Origin: Mobula birostris
Lineage: Eukaryota
Direction: 5' to 3'
DNA: 64,000 bases
NCBI RefSeq assembly: GCF_030028105.1
Contig: NC_092395.1
Coordinates: forward strand, 43,180,459 to 43,244,458
The notes beneath the pieces were generated by a model. It saw nothing but the letters and a program-made list of their open reading frames with translations, searched no databases and was not told the DNA's origin. Position 1 is the stretch's first letter, and every line of letters begins with the position of its first letter. Of the stretch, positions 57,346 to 64,000 are shown piece by piece. A program made the translations under genes and the position numbers.

Positions 57346-60201
57346 TCAAGAGAGAGAATTTGTTGAATGCCTACGAGAATGCCTTTTTGGAGGAGTTGTG
57401 CTTGAGCCTACTTGGGGAAAGGCTATCTTAGATGGGGTGTTCTGTAATAATCCAGATTTAGCAGGAAGCCTAAGTAAAGGGACCCCTGAGGAGACAGTGA
57501 TCATAACTTGATTGAATTCATACTGCAATATGAGAGGAAGAAGCTTAAGTCAAAAGCATGACTATCACAATGGAATAAAGAGAATAACGGAGGCATGAGA
57601 AAAGAGATTGCCCAGGTGTATTGGAGAAGGGTACTGGAGTGGATGACAGGAGAGCAGAGGTGACTGTAGTTCCTGGGAATAGTTTACAAGGCGTAGGATA
57701 GATATGTCTCACAGAAGAAGTTCTCAAATGTCAGAACCATGGCTGAAAAGGTGTCACAACCACGGATTCGGCACCGCAGTAGATACGGCAATTGTGCTGG
57801 TGAATTTGCACCTGTCAGCTAATTATTATTTAATCATGATGGTACTTAACTCCATACATGTCGCCGTAGTTCTTGTCAAGACTTGGACAGAGCACAGCAA
57901 TACGTCGCTGCCTGTTTGCCTTCGGCCTTCCCAGAGAAATTGCACTTTCGAGTCAAATGACTCGGAAGACCAGCGGTATCCCTTTTAAATTTTAGATATT
58001 CTTTTCTGCCGCAGTGCAGGCTGCGTTCTCCATTTGAGAGTTTTAGTTAACGGCCCTGTTTGGTCTAGCATTTATTGTTTTATTTTCCCTTTAACACTCC
58101 GCATTAAAGTCTGTAAACTGCAGACCTGCTTCAGTCTCTCTCGCTCCGCGCTTAGGCCACATTCGAAGCTGGTAACAGCGAGTCTCGAAAACACAAAGAT
58201 GGACCCAGCAGAGAGAGAGCAGCTGACCTTTGTCGTGAGATTCATTGGTCAGGTAGGAGACAAGCTACAAGCAATGGAATCTGTTCTCAGTGAAGTTACG
58301 GAGGTAATGAGGTTGATAACCTTGTGCCGACAAGCCCAGTCTCACTTGGAGGAACAGGTATCGTCCCTATTCGTAGCTGTTCAACAGCTCACCGCAGACA
58401 ATCGGACTCAAGTGTCTGCGATTTCCGCACTCATGGCCGCTGTCCACGAACTTACTGTGAACAGCCAGCATCGGCTGACAGCCATGAACGTTCTTGCCAA
58501 CCCAAATCTGCAGCTTCAGGTCGCCTCAGTCCCACTCCTAGCATCTCGCAGGTCCTCCTTTTCTGCTGCCCCGACAATATCTGCTACTTATGCTCCCCTC
58601 CCGCTCCTGGACCGGAGCCGACTCCCACGACCTTACAGGAACCGAGTATTCCACCACCAGGCAGATATTCTGGTGATCCCGATGGTGTAGGAATTTTATT
58701 ACCCAATGCGAGCTGACATTCCAAGCCCAGCCTGCTCATTTTGGTGATGATGTGCGAAAATTGGCGTAAATCGTCAATCTTCTTGGACCTCCATTCAGTC
58801 TGTTCAACGCTTTACGGGAGCAAGAATACCCCGCAGCCCAGTCGTTCCGACATTTTGTGGCGGAGTTAAGGAGGGTTTTTGATCTTCCAGTACGCGGTCA
58901 GGAGGCTGCCCACCGACTCTTGGACCTGCGCCAAGGCAGAGGAACAGTGAGAGCCTGTGCAGTTAAATTCCGTACCCTTGCAGTAGAGACAGGATGAAAT
59001 GAGAGATCTCTTATCACTGCCTTCCTGCGTGGACTGAACGCAAGGATTCGGTATGAGATTGTTGTCCGGGAAGAGGAAGATAGTGTGGATGAGCTGATTA
59101 ATCTGGCTATTCGAGTTGACGACCACGTAATGAATGGTGCAGAGAAAGAAAGTTTCAATCTTCCTATACGCTGCCTGATTATCGTCTTTCCTCGCCCTCT
59201 CCCCCTCCCTCACCACCCATCACCCAGCCCACGGAGGAGCCTATGCAAGTGGGACGCATGGGCCTGTCTCAGGTGGAACGAGAGTGGTGCCGGAGAACAG
59301 GTTCCTGCCTCTATTGTGGTGATCCAGGACACTTCTGGGCGGCATGTTCCAAGTGTCCAGTAAAAGAGAAAACCCGTCAGCAGGGAGGGGAATCCTGACG
59401 GGTCGGTTCTCTCTTCAGTCAGCTTCCCCTACTTCTGTAATGCTCGCAGCTTCCTTGTCGTGGAGGTCTCAGTCCCATGAATTTAAGTCATTTATTGACT
59501 TTGGTGCGGCTTGGAACCTTATGGACATCTCTCTTGCTCAAGAGTGGGGAGTTCCAACTCGGGAATTAAGAGAACAGATCAAGGTCAGGGCACTGGACGG
59601 TCGACCTCTGGGAACCGGCCAGATCCACCTTTCCAACCAAACCATCCAACGGGTGCTCGAAGGCAACCGACATGAAGAAATATCTTTCTATCCGGTTAAT
59701 TCACCTGAACTGCCACTGGTACTTGTGCTCTCCTGGTTATCCCGACATATCCCTCGGATCGATCGGTCTCTGAATATGCTGCAAGAGTGGGGACCGACAT
59801 GCCTGTCTACCTGTCTGGGTGCAGCTCAAGCTCCATTCCATTATCGGCTCCTGAACAACATCAATGTGAAGGACCGCTAACCTCTTCCATTGCTGGCGTC
59901 TGCGTTTGAACATCTGCAGGGAGCAATTATATATTCCAAAACTTGATCTGCGCAATGCTTACAATCTAATTCGCATAGGAGAAGACGATGAGTGGAAAAC
60001 GGCAAAACGGCTTTCAACACAGCTAATGGCCACTATGAATACCTGGTGATGTCTTTTGGTCTGGCCAACGCCCCCGCTGTATTCCAGACCTTGGTTAACG
60101 ACGCAAACAAGAGGAATTCTGCAGATGCTGGAAATTCAAGCAACACACATCAAAGTTGCTGGTGAACGCAGCAGGCCAGGCAGCATCTCTAGGAAGAGGT
60201 A

Positions 60202-60239
60202 CAGTCGACGTTTCAGGCCGAGGCACTTCGTCAGGACTA
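60202..60239 (-). ncRNA. Minimal hammerhead ribozyme motif
   Basis: TAGTC-CTGACGA-AGTGCCTCGGCCT-GAAAC-GTC-GACTG. Confidence 0.7.
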
Positions 60240-61251
60240 ACTGAAGGAAGAGTTAGTAAGAGATTTGAAAGTGGGAGGGGGAGGGGGAGATCCAAAATTG
60301 TAGGAGAAGACGGGAGGGGGAGGGATGGAGCCAAGAGCTGGACAGGTGATTGGCAAAGGGGATAAGAGAGGATCATGGGACAGGAGGCCCAGGGAGAAGA
60401 AAAATGCGGGGGGGGGTGGAAACCCAGAGGATGGGCAAGGGGTATAGTCAGAGGGACAGAAGGAGAAAAAGGAGTGTGAGAGAAAGAATGTGTGTATAAA
60501 AGTAAATAGCGGATGGGGTACGAGGGGGAGGTGGGGCATTAGCGGAAGTTAGAGAAGTCAATGTTCATGCCATCAGGTTGGAGGCTACCCAGTCAGAATA
60601 TAAAGTGTTGTTCCTCCAACCTGAGTGTGGGGTCATCTTTACAGTAGAGGAGGCCGTGAATAGACATGTCAGAATGGGAGTGAGATGTGGAATTAAAATG
60701 TGTGGCCACTGGGAGATCTTGCTTTCTCTGGCGGGCAGAGTGTAGGTGTTCAGCAAAACGGTCTCCCAGTCTGCCCTTACACTTCCTCCCTTACCACCAT
60801 TCAGGGCCCCAGACAGTCCTTCCAGGTGAGGCGACACTTGACCTGTGAGTCGGCCGGGGTGATATACTGCGTCCGGTGCTCCCGATGTGGCCTTCTATAT
60901 ATTGGCGAGACCCGACGCAGACTGGGAGACCGTTTTGCTGAACACCTACGCTCTGTCCGCCCTCGTACCCCATCCGCTATTTATTTTTATGCACACATTC
61001 TTTCTCTCAGTCTCCTTTTTCTCCCTCTGTCCCTCTGACTATACCCCTTGCCCATCCTCTGGGTTTCCACACGCCCCCTCCCCGCCTTTTCCTTCTCCCT
61101 GGGCCTCCTGTCCCATGATCCTCTCCTATCCCCTTTGCCAATCATCTGTCCAGCTCTTCGCTCCATTCCTCCCCCTCCTGTCTTCTCCTATCATTTTGGA
61201 TCTTCCCCTCCCCCTCCCACATTCAAATCTCTTACTAACTCTTCCTTCAGT

Positions 61252-61288
61252 TAGTCCTGACGAGGGTCTCGGCCTGAAACGTTGACTG
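61252..61288 (+). ncRNA. Minimal hammerhead ribozyme motif (GUU triplet)
   Basis: TAGTC-CTGACGA-GGGTCTCGGCCT-GAAAC-GTT-GACTG. Confidence 0.7.
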
Positions 61289-62152
61289 TACCTATTGCTA
61301 GAGATGCTGCCCAGCCTGCTGCGTTCACCAGCAACTTTGATGTGTTTTCCTTGGTTAACGATGTGCTCAGGGACATGTTGGATAGATGACATCCTTATCT
61401 ATTCCCTCTCTTATCCGGAGCACGTCTAGTATGTCCAGAGAGTACTCTCAGATACCTTCTTGAAAATATCCTGTACACCAAGCTTGAATAATTTGAAATC
61501 CATTAAGACCAGGTGTCGTTTTTGGGCTATATACTTACCCCAAACAGTGTTCAAATGGACCCTAGTATATTTCAGGCAGTTGCAGAGTGGCCCAAACAGT
61601 CCACAGTCAAACAGGTACGGCACTTCATGGGGTTTGCGAACCTTCATCGCCGCTTCATCCGGAATGTCGGCTCTATCGTGTCTCCAAATAATGCACTGAC
61701 CAATAAGACCTCGGCAGGATTCCACTGGACTGACGATGTCGACCAAGCATTTTCAGAGCTAAAGCGACGTTTCACCAGTGCCCCGCTGCAGCAACACCCA
61801 GACCCATGTCAGACATTCATTGTCGATGTGGATGCATCCGGTGTAGGCATTGGAGCTGTGACTCTCTCAGCGCTCGTTTGCAGATAGCCGGCTGCACCCT
61901 TGTGCCTTTCTTTCCGGTCGCTTGACTCCGGCAGAGGGCAATTACGACGGTGGGAACATGGGGCGTCTGGCTGTCAAGGAGGTCTTCGCTGAATGGCGAC
62001 ACTGGCTGGAGGGGCAGAGCATCCATTTTCGGTCTGACAGATCACACTGTTCAATTTTATCCTCACTTATCGGCCCGGCAGCAAGTATACAAAGGCCGAC
62101 GCTCTCTCCCGGCAGTTTGACGGATCTGAGGACAATGCCGATCCAGAGCCCA

Positions 62153-62700
62153 TTTGGTCCCCTAATCTGAGGAAAGACATCCTTGCCATAGAGGGAGTAC
62201 AAAGAAGGTTCACCGGATTGATTCCTGGGATGGCAGGATTTTCATATGATGAAAGACTGGATCGGCTAGCCTTATACTCGTTGGAATTTAGAAGATTGAG
62301 GGGGAATCTTATTGAAACGTACAAAATCCTAAAGGGATTGGACAGGCTAGATGCAGGAAGATTGCTCCCGATGTTGGGGATGTCCAGAACGAGGGGTCAC
62401 AGTTTGAGGATAAAGGGGAAGCCTTTTAGGACCGAGATTAGGAAAAAACTTCTTCACACAGAGAGTGGTGAATCTGTGGAATTCTCTGCCACAGGAAACA
62501 GTTGAGGCCAGTTCATTGGCTATATTCAAGAGGGAGTTAGATATGGCCCTTGTGGCTAAAGGGATCGGGGGTATGGAGGGAAGGCTGGTACAGAGTTCTG
62601 AGTTGGATGATCAGCAATGATCAAACTGAATGGCGGTGCAGGCTCGAAGGGCCGAATGGCCTACTCCTGCACCTATTTTCTATATTTTCTATGTTTTCTA
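62153..62700 (+). mobile_element. 5'-truncated CR1 inserted in the Gypsy pol
   Basis: Same subfamily as 10163-10742 and 14125-16129. Confidence 0.92.
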
Positions 62701-64000
62701 CGTATCGCTGCTCCGGTGATCTGGGGAATAAAGGCAGGGTTGAGGGCCGCCCAACAATTAAATACAGGCCCAGATGGGTTTCCTCCCAACCGGCTGTTTA
62801 TCCCCGGTGCGGTGCGTTCCAAAGTGTTAGAATGGGGTCACTCCTTCCATATCTGGCTTGACGTGCGGGAATTTAACGGACTCAGGAGTTTATCAAGAGG
62901 TAATTTTGGTGGCCATCTATGTACCAGGATGTCCACGACTTTGTACCTGCCTGTCCCATCTGCGCTCGGAACTAACTATCACGCCAGCGTCCAGCAGGTC
63001 TGTTATGTCCATTGCCTGTGCCCCACCGCCTCTGGTCACACCTCTCTGTAGATTTCATCACTGGTCTGCCCCCGTCTAATGGAAACACCGCCATTTAGGT
63101 CGTTGTGGATCGATTTTCCAAGGCTGCCCACTTCATTGCCCTCCCCAAGCTCCCATCTGCTCGTGAGACTGCCACACTCCTGGTTCAACACGTGTTCAGG
63201 ATCCATGGCTTCCCTCAAGACATAGTGTCTGATCGTGGACCACGGTTCACTTCCCGCTTTTGGAGGCTTTCTGGTCTCTTTCAGCAGCCACGGTCAGCCT
63301 CTCGTCTGGCCCCTCCACCCCCAATCTAATGGCCAGACTGAGAGAGTGAACCAGGAGTTAGAGACAACCCTGCACTGTCTTGCCTCTTCCAACTCCACGT
63401 CCTGGAGCTTCCAATTGGTTTGAGCGGAGATCACCCACAATAACCTCCAGTCATCCTCCATCGGTATGTTTTCCTTTGAATGCCATGAGGGATTCCAGAC
63501 CCCGCTCTTCCCTGATCAGAAGATCGACTAAGGAGCTCCTGCTGCTGAACAGCTGATTCAGCGCTACCAGCGGACCTCGAGACGATCCAGGGCTTCTCTG
63601 CTGCGCGGCCAGGAACAACATTCCCGGCAGGCTGATCGCCTCCGTCGGCAGGTAAGGCCATTCACGCCTGGAGAGGAGGTCTGGCTGGCATCAACAGATC
63701 TTCCCCTGGAAGACGAGAACCGGAAATTGGCACAACGCTACGTGGGACCGTTTGTGGTGGAAAAGGCTGTCAACAAGATGTATCTGCCACCATCACTGAA
63801 GATCCACCCAGTATTCCATGTTTCCCAGCTCAAGCGGGTAACTACCTCCCCCCGACCCCAGTCACTCCACCTCCTTCCCGCCTGGTAGATGGTTCCCTTG
63901 TCTAAACTGTGTGGCACCTCCTAGCATCTCGCCGGGTACGTGGTAAGGTCCAGTAACTTGTGGACTGGGAAGGGTTTTTTCCTGGTGAAAAATACAGTTT

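Larger units (their letters stand above)
60105..61348. mobile_element. Penelope-like insertion with inverted arms (minus arm about 60105-60774, plus arm 60775-61348)
   Basis: GIY-YIG motif VIYCVRCSRCGLLYIGETRRRLGDRFAEH at about 60860-60955. The arms are reverse complements. CCTTGGTTAACGA is duplicated at 60089-60101 and 61349-61361. Confidence 0.9.
57752..64000 (+). mobile_element. Near-full-length decayed sushi/chromovirus Gypsy element (5' LTR 57752-58177)
   Basis: Gag starts MDPAERE at 58199; protease FIDFGAA about 59490; RT about 59830-61800; RH VDVDASG; integrase [24 protein letters not shown] at 63100-63400; chromodomain start at about 63900. Confidence 0.92.

Noticed and set aside
58175-58190. 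Self-priming PBS for the 57752 element
   Set aside because: Only partial complementarity to the LTR (caagact vs cgagact), so it cannot be supported without a consensus.

Overview
This is vertebrate genomic DNA, almost certainly from a cartilaginous fish (probably a ray, inferred from the repeat families and the cluster-type Ig layout). No prokaryotic features or CRISPR arrays were seen, and most of the window is nested retroelements. The only host-gene content is (1) an immunoglobulin light-chain cluster on the minus strand, most like the sigma isotype, and (2) an intronless, decayed USP35 retrocopy at 46518-48960 with a second paralogous fragment at about 10793-11150. The Ig cluster comprises V (5791-6077) with a canonical 12-bp RSS, J (5377-5413) and an intact C exon (3777-4099). 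The V lacks its first cysteine and appears to have lost part of FR1. A housekeeping-type promoter with a short candidate exon lies about 870 bp upstream, and that exon would splice in frame into the damaged V. Mobile elements include CR1 LINEs, Rex1/Babar, Penelope-like elements carrying five minimal hammerhead ribozyme motifs, sushi/chromovirus Gypsy elements (one with a self-priming PBS), a Gmr1-type Gypsy, a Mag-type Gypsy, a solo LTR, a V-SINE and a hAT fragment. Shared insertion junctions show that about 10.8-39 kb and 46.5-56.5 kb descend from an old segmental duplication. Protein family calls come from recalled motifs rather than database searches. Identities are by-eye estimates and most repeat boundaries are approximate.
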